A stretch of DNA of 64,000 nt from Deltaproteobacteria bacterium GWC2_42_11 (GTDB lineage Bacteria; Desulfobacterota; GWC2-55-46; UBA9637; GWC2-42-11): the NCBI GenBank assembly GCA_001797495.1, contig MGPS01000070.1, positions 15,879 to 79,878 on the forward strand, in the 5' to 3' direction. The notes below the pieces were generated by a model. That model was not told the origin of the DNA. It saw only the letters and a program-made list of their open reading frames with translations, and made no database searches. A program made the position numbers and the translations under genes. Below are positions 18,716 to 28,623 of this stretch, piece after piece. Every line of letters begins with the position of its first letter. The stretch's first letter is position 1.

Positions 18716-20068
18716 CTACGATGCCTTTTTCATAATGTCTTTAAAAATATACCAACTCTTGAGATACTCTACAGCCCTTTTTAACTGTATATCTTCTGCA
18801 TCACCCTTTTCCTTTTCGGTTTTCTCCTCAACTTTTATCTTTTTATCCTTTTCAGGTGCGGCGCCTTCTGCCTCAAGATGTCTTTCAAGGTCTTTTTCCC
18901 TCAAAATGCCTCTTGCACCGCCGTCTTTCGGGTCCTCAACCACTATATCAGGTTCAATGCCCTTTGCCTGGATAGATCTGCCTGATGGTGTATAATATTT
19001 TGAAGTTGTAAGCCTTAAGGCAGAACCGTCGCTCAGCGGGATTATAGTCTGCACAGAACCTTTGCCGAATGTCTGCACTCCGAGGACTACAGCCCTCTTG
19101 TGGTCCTGCAAAGCGCCTGCAACAATCTCAGAGGCGCTTGCGCTCCCGCTGTTCACAATAACTATTATCGGATAGTCAGGCTGTGTCCCTTCTGCCTTTG
19201 CCTCAAATTTCATATCCTGTCCTGCAATTCTCCCCTTTGTATAAACTACCATGCCAGATTTGAGGAATTTGTCAGATACCTCAACTGCTTGTGTAAGGAG
19301 TCCGCCTGGATTGTTCCTTAAGTCAAGTATAAGCCCTTTGAAATTCTCATTTCTTGAACCGAGTTTGTTAAAGGCGTCTTCGAGGTCGCTGCCGGTCCTT
19401 TCCTGGAATTGTGTAATCCTTATATAGCCAATACCGTCTTCAAGCGGTTTAAATTTGACGCTCTTTACCTCTATTACATCTCTTATTATTTCAAACGGCT
19501 TCGGTTCCTTGAAACCTTCCCGCATAATATATATTGTAACCTTTGTACCTTTCGGTCCCCTCATCAGTTTTACTGCGTTTGTCAGGCTCATGTCCTTTGT
19601 ATGCGTATCATTAATTTTGACTATCCTGTCACCTGCCTTTAAACCTGCCCTGAATGCAGGTGTATCCTCAATTGGGGATATAACAGTCAAGATATTGTCC
19701 TTTACACCTATCTCTATCCCTATGCCGCCGAAACTCCCTTTTGTCTCGACCTGCATCTCCTTGTAGTCTTCAGGCGGCATAAATGACGAGTGCGGGTCAA
19801 GGCTCTGGAGCATCCCTTTTATTGCACCGTATATAAGTGTTTTTGGGTTAACCTCTTCTGTATAATTTTCCTGCACAGTTGCAAGTGCATCCGTGAAAAT
19901 CCTTATATTCTCATATGCCTTTACAGGGACTGCGGATACCTTGTAACTTATACCTCCGGTAAATATTATAACTGCCGCAGCAACAGCAGTTAATAGTAGT
20001 ATCTTCTGCCCGAAAATCCCTTTTACAATTCTCATGTCTTTACATTCCTCCTTAATTTTTATGTGCAA
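18716..20068 (-). CDS. ctpA: Carboxyl-terminal processing protease (S41 family, PDZ domain)
   Basis: A PDZ domain and an S41 core are present (GGLLTQAVEV, TSGSASASEIVAGALQD). Confidence 0.85.
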   Translation of the reverse strand: MHIKIKEECKDMRIVKGIFGQKILLLTAVAAAVIIFTGGISYKVSAVPVKAYENIRIFTDALATVQENYTEEVNPKTLIYGAIKGMLQSLDPHSSFMPPEDYKEMQVETKGSFGGIGIEIGVKDNILTVISPIEDTPAFRAGLKAGDRIVKINDTHTKDMSLTNAVKLMRGPKGTKVTIYIMREGFKEPKPFEIIRDVIEVKSVKFKPLEDGIGYIRITQFQERTGSDLEDAFNKLGSRNENFKGLILDLRNNPGGLLTQAVEVSDKFLKSGMVVYTKGRIAGQDMKFEAKAEGTQPDYPIIVIVNSGSASASEIVAGALQDHKRAVVLGVQTFGKGSVQTIIPLSDGSALRLTTSKYYTPSGRSIQAKGIEPDIVVEDPKDGGARGILREKDLERHLEAEGAAPEKDKKIKVEEKTEKEKGDAEDIQLKRAVEYLKSWYIFKDIMKKAS

Positions 20069-21287
20069 GCCATATCATGGGGTCCTTCGGCACCCCTTTA
20101 TACCTCACCTCAAAATATAGTCGTGGACCTTCCAAAGAGCCCGAATCACCTACCTCTGCTATGACGTCCCCGTTTTCTACTATATCGTCCAGTTCCTTTA
20201 ATACCTTTGAAAGATGGGCATACAGTGTATAAAAGCCGTCCCCGTGGTCAAGTATTATAATCCTTCCATAACCCTTCAGCCAGCCTGAATATATTACCTT
20301 ACCCCTGTAAACTGATTTTACATCAGTTCCAATAGATGCCTCAATAGATATGCCGTTATTGAAGGTTGTCGTATGGAATTTCGGGTGCTCGACCTTACCA
20401 TATAATAAAACGATTTTACCTTTCACAGGTATCATGAGTCTGCCCTTCATTGCACCGAACCCTGTTGACGGGAAAGGGGTTAAATCCCTTACCGCATAAT
20501 CTTTGTCTTTTGCTGTTTCCTTTTCACTTTCCTGTTTTTTCTTTAATTCGTCTATAAATGTCTGGAGTTCTTTTGATGTCTTTTCAAGTTCTTTTATTGC
20601 TGAAAAATGTAAGTCCTTTTCCTTCCTGATGGTATTCAGGAGTGCAACCCTTTTCCCCTTTTCTTGAGCGATATCCCTCTTCTTTGCTTCTACACTGCTT
20701 TTTATAGACAGCATATCAGTTCGCATATCTTCGAGTTTCCTTTTTTCACCCTCAAGGACATCCTTGTTTTCATTATACTCCTCAAGGAGCCTGACATCGG
20801 AGTCTATAACCAGATTAATATACTTATACCTTTTTGAGAGGTCGTTGAAAGAGTTGGAAGAAAACAGGATTCTTAAATTACCGCCGCCCCTCATCTTATA
20901 CATTGATACAACCCTTTTCCTGAGTAAGTGTAATATACGCCCCCTCTCCCTTAAGAGTTCAATTATCCGTCTGTCTGTAATATCTATCCTCGTTTTAAGC
21001 CTTTTGAGGCTGCTTTCTATCTTTGCGAGTTCGTCCTCTTTCTTTGCCAGTTCCCTTTCAAGTTCATCCAGCGAGGTTAAAACAGAGGTCTCTTTTCTGC
21101 CTATTATGTCAAGTTCCTGTTTTTTTGTCTGTATCTCCTTTTCTACTGTCTCCAGTTTTTTCTCTTTTTTAATAATCTCCTGCTTGGTTTTCTGACCCCC
21201 CTTTGCATATACATAGAGAGGTGTCAGCAGAAGACAGAGGGTTATGATTACTTGATATTTAAAGACTTTCTTTAAACCGTCCTGCAA
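20052..21287 (-). CDS. envC: Murein hydrolase activator EnvC-like protein (coiled coil + M23 peptidase domain)
   Basis: A long coiled-coil N-terminal region is followed by a C-terminal LytM/M23 domain (GISIEA...GKVIYSGWLKGYGRIIILDHG). Position after ftsEX supports the call. Confidence 0.75.
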   Translation of the reverse strand: MQDGLKKVFKYQVIITLCLLLTPLYVYAKGGQKTKQEIIKKEKKLETVEKEIQTKKQELDIIGRKETSVLTSLDELERELAKKEDELAKIESSLKRLKTRIDITDRRIIELLRERGRILHLLRKRVVSMYKMRGGGNLRILFSSNSFNDLSKRYKYINLVIDSDVRLLEEYNENKDVLEGEKRKLEDMRTDMLSIKSSVEAKKRDIAQEKGKRVALLNTIRKEKDLHFSAIKELEKTSKELQTFIDELKKKQESEKETAKDKDYAVRDLTPFPSTGFGAMKGRLMIPVKGKIVLLYGKVEHPKFHTTTFNNGISIEASIGTDVKSVYRGKVIYSGWLKGYGRIIILDHGDGFYTLYAHLSKVLKELDDIVENGDVIAEVGDSGSLEGPRLYFEVRYKGVPKDPMIWLAHKN

Positions 21288-21292
21288 TTTGT

Positions 21293-22198
21293 CTAACCCT
21301 GCTTTAAAAACCTTGTTAGGGAGATAAAACTCCCGAAAACACCCATAGCAGTACCAATGCCCAATAATATTATCATAAAATCCGTTACTGGAAAAGGTAT
21401 ATTTATAAGACTGCTGAAAGACGCAGGGATGTTCTTAAGCAGCATGTATCTTACTGCATTGAACATAATAAAGGCGAGTATTGCGCCTGCCAATCCTTCA
21501 AACAGCCCCTCTATAAAAAAGGGTGTTTTTATGAAAGATTCTGTTGCACCTACAAGCCTCATGATATCTATCTCCTCCTTCCTTGCATATACAGTAAGCC
21601 TGATAGTATTGGAGATTATAAAGATCGTTGATATAAGTAGGAATACACCTATAATCAGTCCGGCAGCCTTAAAAAAACTTAAAAATGCAGTGAACCTGTC
21701 CACCCATTCCTGTCCATAGTGGATGTCGTCTATCCCCTCCAGCACTTTTAGTTTTGCAACGATTGTCCTTACGCCGTCAGAATTTCTGAAAGGTTTCTTA
21801 AGCCCTATCTCAAATGAGGATGGGAGAGGGTTTGCGCCGAGTTCATCCAGTATCCCCTTTTGCCCCTTGAGTTCGTTTTTGAAAACCTGAATTGCCATTT
21901 CCTTTGAGACATAATTTATACTGTCAACCTCTGTAAAGCTTCTTATCTTCTCTTTCATCGGGGAAGTGCTGTCTGACCTGATATCTTCTTTCAGGTATAC
22001 GATTACCTGAACATCTGCGCCAAATGTGTCAAGCATGTCCTCCATATTGATAAAGAATACAGCGAATGATGTCAGGATGGTCAGGGCAAGGGATATTGTA
22101 AATATTGCGACCATGTTTGTGAAGAGGTTGCCCTTTATGTTATGAGATGCCTCTTTTACAAAGAACAGGATTCGTCTTATGAGGAGGGATATTGTCAT
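21293..22198 (-). CDS. ftsX: Cell division permease-like protein FtsX
   Basis: Four-TM FtsX topology with a large periplasmic loop. Overlaps the ftsE stop. Confidence 0.8.
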   Translation of the reverse strand: MTISLLIRRILFFVKEASHNIKGNLFTNMVAIFTISLALTILTSFAVFFINMEDMLDTFGADVQVIVYLKEDIRSDSTSPMKEKIRSFTEVDSINYVSKEMAIQVFKNELKGQKGILDELGANPLPSSFEIGLKKPFRNSDGVRTIVAKLKVLEGIDDIHYGQEWVDRFTAFLSFFKAAGLIIGVFLLISTIFIISNTIRLTVYARKEEIDIMRLVGATESFIKTPFFIEGLFEGLAGAILAFIMFNAVRYMLLKNIPASFSSLINIPFPVTDFMIILLGIGTAMGVFGSFISLTRFLKQG

Positions 22199-22857
22199 TC
22201 TTTTTCCTGTATTACCTTTCCGCCTTCAAGCGTTATTGTCCTTTTATTTAACTTCTTAATAAGGCTGCTGTCATGCGTTGCTATTACAACGGTCGTCCCT
22301 TTTGCATTTATGTCCAGAAATAATTCCATAATACTGTTCGTGAGTGCAGGGTCAAGATTCCCTGTTGGTTCGTCTGCAAGTAGTATGGTCGGTTCTTTTA
22401 CAAGCGCCCTTGCGATTGATGCCCTTTGCTGTTCTCCTCCTGATATAGAGAGGGGTTTATAATTTGCACGGTGCTGTAGCCCGAGGTACGAGAGCACATA
22501 CGAAACCTTTTTCTTTATTTCTCTTGGGCGATGTCCGATAATATCAAGGGGCAATGCCACATTTTTATATACTGTCTTATTGCTGAGCAGTTTAAAATCC
22601 TGGAATATAAAACCGATCTTCCTCCGGAGTTCTGCTATCTCCCTTGTGCCGAACCTTGAAGTATTTTTGCCATCTATTATTATCTGGCCGCCTGTTGGTT
22701 TCTCTGAACAGAAAATGAGTTTAAGGAGGGTTGTCTTGCCTGCACCGCTCGGACCTGTCAGGAATACAAACTCACCTTTTTCCACAACAAACGATATATC
22801 AGTCAGTGCAGGACTGCTGCCATTATAGTTCTTATATACATGGTATAACTGAATCAT
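22195..22857 (-). CDS. ftsE: Cell division ATP-binding protein FtsE
   Basis: Walker A (GPSGAGKTT), signature (LSGGEQQR), Walker B (ILLADEPTGNLD) and H-loop are all intact. Confidence 0.9.
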   Translation of the reverse strand: MIQLYHVYKNYNGSSPALTDISFVVEKGEFVFLTGPSGAGKTTLLKLIFCSEKPTGGQIIIDGKNTSRFGTREIAELRRKIGFIFQDFKLLSNKTVYKNVALPLDIIGHRPREIKKKVSYVLSYLGLQHRANYKPLSISGGEQQRASIARALVKEPTILLADEPTGNLDPALTNSIMELFLDINAKGTTVVIATHDSSLIKKLNKRTITLEGGKVIQEKE

Positions 22858-22861
22858 ATAG

Positions 22862-22996
22862 TTATAAATAATTCCTAAATCCTAATATCTAATTTCTAAT
22901 AAAATATCCAATGACTAAATTTCCAATGCCTTTATCTTTGACATTTGACATTTTATTAGGAATTAGGATTTAGAAATTAGACATTTTATTAGAGGC
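22862..22996. repeat. Large imperfect palindrome between nadE and ftsE
   Basis: ctaaatcctaat pairs with attaggatttag, and tctaatttctaataaaat pairs with attttattagaaattag. The arms flank a ~45-nt centre. Confidence 0.5.
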
Positions 22997-22997
22997 A

Positions 22998-24785
22998 TTA
23001 ATAACTTCTATACCTGTTTGTTATCGGCATCCTCCTGTCTTTGCCCAGTGCACGCGGTGTTATTTTTATTCCGGGAGGCGATTGTCTCCGTTTGTATTCA
23101 GAGGCATCAACCATCCTTATAACCTTTTTCACAATACCTTTATTAAAACCCATTGCCGCTATATCTTCAAATGATTTATCTTCTTCCACATAAGTCCTTA
23201 ATATGGAGTCAAGGATTTCGTATGGCGGCAGTGTATCCTGGTCAGTCTGGTTCGGGCGGAGTTCTGCAGTAGGTGCCTTTCTTAAAACCCTTTCAGGGAT
23301 TAACACATTAATTTTGAGTTTTGACCCCTGCTTGAAACCTGCAAGGGCAAGGTTTTGAGTTTTGAGTTTATTTCTGTATTCAGCAAGTTTATAAACAAGT
23401 GTCTTGGGCACATCCTTTATGACAGCAAAGCCGCCTGCCATATCGCCGTAGAGTGTGGCATAACCTACACTCATCTCGCTCTTATTGCCTGTTGTAAGCA
23501 CAAGCCATCCAAATTTGTTAGAAAGAGCCATCAGGATATTCCCTCTTATTCTTGCCTGTATATTTTCTTCTGTGACATCAGGTTTAATTTTTTTAAATGT
23601 TTTGGAGAGCGTGGTTAGATATTTTTCAAATGTTTCCTGAATGGGGATGGTAAGGAACTCAATCTCCATATTCTTTGCAAGGTTTTCTGCGTCCTCTGAA
23701 CTTGCCCCTGACGAGTACATGGAAGGCATAAATACACCTGTAACATTACTCTTACCGAGCGCATCAACTGCTATTGCAGCGACAAGGGATGAATCTATGC
23801 CGCCGCTTAAACCAACAACAGTATGACTAAAACCATTTTTCCTGACATAGTCCTTAGTGCCCAGGGTAAGTGCCTTATATACCTCTTCAATCTGTTCAGG
23901 TGGATTTATAGGTACTTGAGCCAGCCTTTTTAATTTTTTTCTCTTTCCTGGTTTTGTGTGGAGGACTATCTCTTTCACCTTTTTTATTTCTACTTCAAGG
24001 ACAATCTTTTCCTTTCGTTTCCTCGGGTCGTGCAAACTGGCATTGAATATCCCTTCAACATCCAGTTCAGCGGTTATGAAGTCTTCCTCAAATGCCTTAC
24101 CCCTTGCAATGATATTACCTTTTTCATCCGCTATCATTCCCTGTCCATCAAATACGAGTTCGTCCTGCCCACCCACCATATTATTATAGACAACTATCAC
24201 ACCGTTGTCAGCAGCCCTGGCAGCAATCATCTCCTCCCGGAACCGTGCCTTACCCATATGATACGGAGAGGCGTTTATATTTACAATAACCTCTGCCCCT
24301 GCAAGAGATTGAACCCTTGCAGGTCCTTCAGGGTGCCAGATGTCTTCACATATACCTATCCCTATTGTGATACCATTGAGGACAATGTTCAGTGGTGTCT
24401 TGCCTGCATGGAAGTACCTCTCCTCATCAAATACACCGTAATTAGGGAGAAACATCTTGTGATATACCCCTGCTATCTCACCGTTGTGTATAACAGCAGC
24501 AGCATTGTAGATATCTCCCATACTGTCAACAAAACCTACAATTGCGGTGATACCCTTTGTTTTTCGTGCTATTTTCTTTATAAATGTTATGTTTCCTTTT
24601 ACAAACTGCGGCTTTAAGAGGAGGTCTTCAGGTGGATAGCCAGTGATGGCAAGTTCAGGGAATACAATAAGGTCTATGTCAAGCCCGATTGCCCTGTCAA
24701 GAAATCCTGATATCTTCTCTGCATTACCCCTTAGGTCGCCAACAGTAGGGTTTATCTGTGCCATTGCAATGCGGAGTGCACCCAT
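22998..24785 (-). CDS. nadE: Glutamine-dependent NAD+ synthetase (CN-hydrolase + NAD synthase domains)
   Basis: An N-terminal nitrilase-like domain and a C-terminal SGGIDSS P-loop are present. Start is taken at MGALRIAMAQ; the track ORF begins 16 codons earlier. Confidence 0.85.
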   Translation of the reverse strand: MGALRIAMAQINPTVGDLRGNAEKISGFLDRAIGLDIDLIVFPELAITGYPPEDLLLKPQFVKGNITFIKKIARKTKGITAIVGFVDSMGDIYNAAAVIHNGEIAGVYHKMFLPNYGVFDEERYFHAGKTPLNIVLNGITIGIGICEDIWHPEGPARVQSLAGAEVIVNINASPYHMGKARFREEMIAARAADNGVIVVYNNMVGGQDELVFDGQGMIADEKGNIIARGKAFEEDFITAELDVEGIFNASLHDPRKRKEKIVLEVEIKKVKEIVLHTKPGKRKKLKRLAQVPINPPEQIEEVYKALTLGTKDYVRKNGFSHTVVGLSGGIDSSLVAAIAVDALGKSNVTGVFMPSMYSSGASSEDAENLAKNMEIEFLTIPIQETFEKYLTTLSKTFKKIKPDVTEENIQARIRGNILMALSNKFGWLVLTTGNKSEMSVGYATLYGDMAGGFAVIKDVPKTLVYKLAEYRNKLKTQNLALAGFKQGSKLKINVLIPERVLRKAPTAELRPNQTDQDTLPPYEILDSILRTYVEEDKSFEDIAAMGFNKGIVKKVIRMVDASEYKRRQSPPGIKITPRALGKDRRMPITNRYRSY

Positions 24786-24834
24786 GTTTTTTAGCCTATC
24801 AAAAGGTATCAGGATTGTAAATATTAAAAACAAT

Positions 24835-25018
24835 CCGTAAAATAGCGATTAAAAACCTCGCTATTTTACAAACCTGCGATTTGCCTGCCATACTTCGTTA
24901 TCGGACAATTTTTACTCCTCACCGTATCGGTGAACATACGGCTCGTCGTAAAAATTGTCCGCTGCCTCGTCTGGCAGGCAACTTGCAAGTTTCCCCAAAA
25001 ATCAAAGTCTATTTTTGG
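24835..25018. repeat. 184-nt structured dispersed element (family R1), copy 1
   Basis: More than 90% identical to 53828-54011. It contains several perfect hairpins (aaaatagcga/tcgctatttt; ggacaatttttac/gtaaaaattgtcc; gcctgcca/tggcaggc; cccaaaaat/atttttggg). Confidence 0.75.
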
Positions 25019-25142
25019 GCAATGGATAATGGTCTACGCTTGCAATAAATTTATCCTGTAATAAATCCTGTAATAAATTTATCCTTGACAACTTGAGTAG
25101 AATTGTATTATGAATTAACACACAATTTAATATAGATATATG

Positions 25143-25259
25143 CTTATTCAGAGTGGTGGAGGGACTGGCCCTGTGAAACCACAGCAACCGGCCTGTTGCA
25201 AACGGGCGGCAGGTGCTAACTCCAGCAAGGTTTGTGATTAAAAAGCCTTGAAAGATAAG
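25143..25259 (+). promoter_or_regulatory. SAM-I (S-box) riboswitch
   Basis: P1 pairs CUUAUUCAGAG with CUUGAAAGAUAAG. Conserved cores GGUGGAGGGACUGGCCC, GUGAAACC, CAGCAACC and GGUGCUAACUCCAGCA are present. Confidence 0.85.
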
Positions 25260-25274
25260 ATTAGGTAATAAAAG

Positions 25275-25307
25275 CCTCTTCTTGATTTCAAGAAGGGGTT
25301 TTTTTTT
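25275..25307 (+). terminator. Riboswitch expression-platform terminator
   Basis: gcctcttcttga-tttc-aagaagggg hairpin followed by a T9 run. Confidence 0.7.
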
Positions 25308-25341
25308 GCAAATCATCAAAAGAAACAATAAGGAGCAGGAT

Positions 25342-26595
25342 ATGAGTTATGTAAAAGGGCTTAAATGCAGGGAATGCGGGAAGGAGTATCCGAAAGAACC
25401 CTTGCATGTATGCGAGTACTGCTTTGGTCCCCTTGAGGTTAATTATGATTATGAGAAGATCAAAAGGGCAGTAAGCAGGGATATAATATCAAAACGACAG
25501 CCGAATATGTGGAGGTACAGAGAACTCCTGCCGATAGACGGTGAGCCGGCAGTAGGTTTTGATGTAGGTTATACCCCTCTGATAAGGGCAAAAAACCTTG
25601 CGAAGGCTCTCGGTGTAAAGGAGTTATATCTGAAAAACGATGCGGTAAATTATCCGACATTATCCTTTAAAGACAGGGTTGTTGCTGTAGCAATATCAAA
25701 GGCATTGGAATTCGATTTTAAGGTTGTTGCATGTGCGTCTACAGGTAACCTTGCAAATTCTGTTGCTGCAAATGCTGCTGCCTGCGGTATGGAAAGTTAT
25801 GTGTTCATCCCTTATGACCTTGAGCAGACAAAGATTTTAGGCACGCTTGTTTACGGCACAAACCTTGTTGCAATAAAGGGTAACTATGACGAAGTAAACA
25901 GGCTGTGCAGCGAGATAGCAGGCAAGTACGGCTGGGCATTCGTAAATATAAATATAAGACCTTATTATGCAGAGGGTTCAAAGGCATTCGGCTATGAGAT
26001 TGCAGAGCAGATGGGCTGGAAACTCCCAAAGCATATTGTTGTGCCAATGGCTGGAGGTTCCCTTATCACAAAGATATGGAAGGCATTCAAGGAATTCCAC
26101 AAACTTGGACTTATTGATAATCTTGGTACAAAGGTCTATGGTGCACAGGCAACAGGGTGTGCCCCGATTACCACAGCAGTGAAGGAAGGTGCAGAACTTA
26201 TAAAGCCTGTAAAACCGAATACAATTGCAAAATCCCTTGCCATAGGAAATCCGGCAGACGGCTTTTATGCTGCAAGGGTGATGAGGGAGAGCGGCGGTTG
26301 GGGAGAGGATGTGTCAGATGAGGAAATTATTGAGTCAATCAGACTTCTTGCTGAGACAGAAGGTATCTTTACTGAGACAGCAGGCGGCGTAACACTTGGG
26401 GTTACTAGAAAACTCATTGAGCAGGGAAGGATACCAAGGGATGAATCAATAGTTGTATCAATTACAGGCAACGGACTCAAGACACAGGAGGCACTTGCAG
26501 GACGGCTAACTGTTTCTATGACAATTGATGCAAAACTTTCTGATTTTGATGAACTACTGAAAAAGCAGAATAAGGTTTATGATGCGAAAGACTAA
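25342..26595 (+). CDS. Threonine synthase family PLP enzyme with N-terminal Zn ribbon; candidate O-phosphohomoserine-dependent homocysteine synthase (MetM-like)
   Basis: SFKDR PLP-lysine motif and the ThrC fold pattern are present. Start is at MSYVKGLKCRECG behind an AAGGAG RBS. The gene sits directly behind the SAM riboswitch and upstream of sulfur-carrier genes. Confidence 0.6.
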   Translation: MSYVKGLKCRECGKEYPKEPLHVCEYCFGPLEVNYDYEKIKRAVSRDIISKRQPNMWRYRELLPIDGEPAVGFDVGYTPLIRAKNLAKALGVKELYLKNDAVNYPTLSFKDRVVAVAISKALEFDFKVVACASTGNLANSVAANAAACGMESYVFIPYDLEQTKILGTLVYGTNLVAIKGNYDEVNRLCSEIAGKYGWAFVNINIRPYYAEGSKAFGYEIAEQMGWKLPKHIVVPMAGGSLITKIWKAFKEFHKLGLIDNLGTKVYGAQATGCAPITTAVKEGAELIKPVKPNTIAKSLAIGNPADGFYAARVMRESGGWGEDVSDEEIIESIRLLAETEGIFTETAGGVTLGVTRKLIEQGRIPRDESIVVSITGNGLKTQEALAGRLTVSMTIDAKLSDFDELLKKQNKVYDAKD

Positions 26596-26677
26596 CCAAT
26601 TTTGCAGGCACGGTTTCAACCGTGCTTTATTTGCACGAATAAATTCGTGCCTACATTTTTGAGGAAGGAGATAAAAT

Positions 26678-27637
26678 ATGAGCATAACAGACCATTTTAT
26701 AGAAGACAAGGTAACCCGAATTCCTGTCAAGAAAGAAGGACAGGATGTTAAGGTAGATTTTAATGAACTCAAATCCGGCGGTTTTATCAAGCAGAGGCAG
26801 AAGGATTTATTTACAGTAAGGCTCCGCTGCCCCGGAGGAAGGCTTACCACAAAGAAACTGATAGAACTTGCAAGGATTGCTGATAAATACAGCAAAAAGG
26901 GTGTTGTGCATTTGAGTTTCAGGCAGTCCCTTGAGATTCTGTATGTTGACTACAGAGACTTTGACGCATTGGTTGCTGACCTGAGAAATGTTGGGCATAA
27001 GGTTGCATCATGCGGCCCAAGGGTCAGGGTTCCGATTGCGTGCGGCGGCTGTGAATACAATCCGAATGGTCTTACGGATACACAAAAGATGGCTGAGATG
27101 GTTGATGAAAAATTCTTCGGTACATCAACCTATCATAAGTTTAAAATGTCGTTTTCAGGATGCCCTATTGACTGTGCCAGGACAAGGGAGGCTGATTTGG
27201 GGTTTCAGGGTGTTGTTGAGCCGGCATGGGATGAGGATACATGCACAGGATGCACAATATGTTCAAGGGCTTGCAAAGAAGGTGCGATTGTTTCACATCC
27301 TGAAACAGGCAAGCCCATATACGACCCTGCAAAGTGCATATACTGCGGAGACTGCATAAGGGCATGTCCTACAGAATCATGGAAGGCAGAAAGATACGGG
27401 CATTTTGTAAGGGTCGGTGGTAAGCACGGCAGACACCCGCGGGAGGCAAATGATGCTGCGGTATTTATCCCTGATGAAAAAGTTTCAAATGTAATAGAAA
27501 AGACGCTTGAGTGGTATAAGATAAACGGCAAAAAGGGAGAGAGGATAGGAACAACCATTGACAGAATAGGATTAAAAAGTTATATAGAGTTTATGAAAAA
27601 TACATTCAGTGATGCAACAATAATTACCGGAGTATAA
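26678..27637 (+). CDS. Small sulfite/nitrite reductase-like hemoprotein with a C-terminal 2x[4Fe-4S] ferredoxin domain
   Basis: Siroheme-[4Fe-4S] Cys motifs (CGGC...SGCPIDCA) are followed by CTGCTICSRAC and CIYCGDCIRACP. Confidence 0.6.
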   Translation: MSITDHFIEDKVTRIPVKKEGQDVKVDFNELKSGGFIKQRQKDLFTVRLRCPGGRLTTKKLIELARIADKYSKKGVVHLSFRQSLEILYVDYRDFDALVADLRNVGHKVASCGPRVRVPIACGGCEYNPNGLTDTQKMAEMVDEKFFGTSTYHKFKMSFSGCPIDCARTREADLGFQGVVEPAWDEDTCTGCTICSRACKEGAIVSHPETGKPIYDPAKCIYCGDCIRACPTESWKAERYGHFVRVGGKHGRHPREANDAAVFIPDEKVSNVIEKTLEWYKINGKKGERIGTTIDRIGLKSYIEFMKNTFSDATIITGV

Positions 27638-27638
27638 A

Positions 27639-27872
27639 ATGGATATAAAGATTGACAAATCCCTTGATTTAAGAAATGTCTTATGCCCAATAAATTTTGT
27701 TAAAACAAAACTTGCATTGGAAACAATGGAAAAGGGTCAGGTGCTTGAGGTTATTATAGATGACGGCGAACCTATTCAGAATGTCCCGAAAAGCGTTAAG
27801 GAAGAGGGGCATAAGATTGTTGAGGTAAAAAAGGAAGACAATCATTTTAGATTGAAGATAGAAAGAAGATAA
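27639..27872 (+). CDS. TusA-like sulfurtransferase
   Basis: LDLRNVLCPINFVKTKLAL matches the TusA/SirA LDxxGLxCPxP motif, with the second Pro replaced by Asn. Confidence 0.6.
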   Translation: MDIKIDKSLDLRNVLCPINFVKTKLALETMEKGQVLEVIIDDGEPIQNVPKSVKEEGHKIVEVKKEDNHFRLKIERR

Positions 27873-27880
27873 AAAACAGA

Positions 27881-27967
27881 TTAAAGACTGAAGACCCGAG
27901 ACTTCAGACACAAGACTCAAGACCACAGATTTAAGACTCAAAACTTTAGTCTATAGTCTTAAGTCTG
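27881..27967. repeat. TAGACT palindromic repeat element (family R3), copy B
   Basis: agactgaagac...aaactttagtctatagtcttaagtctg. Shares agtctatagtct and agac(t/c)-type units with 5187-5300 and 40112-40187. Confidence 0.6.
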
Positions 27968-27986
27968 CATTTAAACGGAGGTTAAG

Positions 27987-28268
27987 ATGGCAATAAAGGT
28001 AAGGATTCCAACACCACTCAGAAAACTTACAAATGGTAAGGATGAGGTAATAGGGGAAGGTAAGAATGTAAAGGAACTTATAAATAACATTGAGACACAG
28101 TATCCGGGATTAAAGGAAAGGATATGCGAGGAGGATGGGAAAATAAGGCGGTTTGTGAATATCTATGTAAATGACGAGGATATAAGATTTAAAAACAGCA
28201 TAGATACAGAACTGAAAGATAGTGATGAGGTTTCAATTATACCGGCAATAGCAGGGGGTAAGTTTTGA
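27987..28268 (+). CDS. MoaD/ThiS-family sulfur carrier protein (CysO/MetO-like)
   Basis: A 93-aa beta-grasp protein ending in the diglycine AIAGGKF is adjacent to E1-like and JAMM genes. Confidence 0.6.
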   Translation: MAIKVRIPTPLRKLTNGKDEVIGEGKNVKELINNIETQYPGLKERICEEDGKIRRFVNIYVNDEDIRFKNSIDTELKDSDEVSIIPAIAGGKF

Positions 28269-28501
28269 AGAAGAGGTTTTACCTTACATACCCAAAGGAA
28301 CTGATAAAAGAGCCGCTGATATATCAGGTAGGTAAACTCTACAATGTTATAACAAATATAAGGCAGGCAACTGTTTCAGATAATATTGGTCTTGTTGCCA
28401 TTGAACTTGACGGAGAGTCTGGAGATATAGAGAAGGCGCTAAACTATTTTGCTGAAAAGGGTGTTAAGGTAGAGCCTATTGAACTGGATGTGGTAGAGTA
28501 G
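28265..28501 (+). CDS. NIL-domain protein
   Basis: The pattern LIYQVGKLYNVITNIRQATV...GLVAIELDG...ALNYFAEKGVKVE resembles the MetN C-terminal NIL domain. Confidence 0.45.
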   Translation: MKKRFYLTYPKELIKEPLIYQVGKLYNVITNIRQATVSDNIGLVAIELDGESGDIEKALNYFAEKGVKVEPIELDVVE

Positions 28502-28623
28502 GTTGAAACAGTTTAGACCGTTCAAACCGTTTAAGTAATTATTATCAGGGTAAATTCGGGATAAGAGTTTGCCCTTTTTGTTTAAGAAGATTCTTTACCA
28601 TTCTTGTAAGGAAAGGTTATAAT

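Noticed and set aside
26678-27637. Dissimilatory sulfite reductase (DsrAB) fragment
   Set aside because: Single 319-aa polypeptide with one siroheme-binding half plus a ferredoxin domain, and no dsrB/dsrC/dsrMK context. It fits better as a small assimilatory-type sulfite reductase-like protein.
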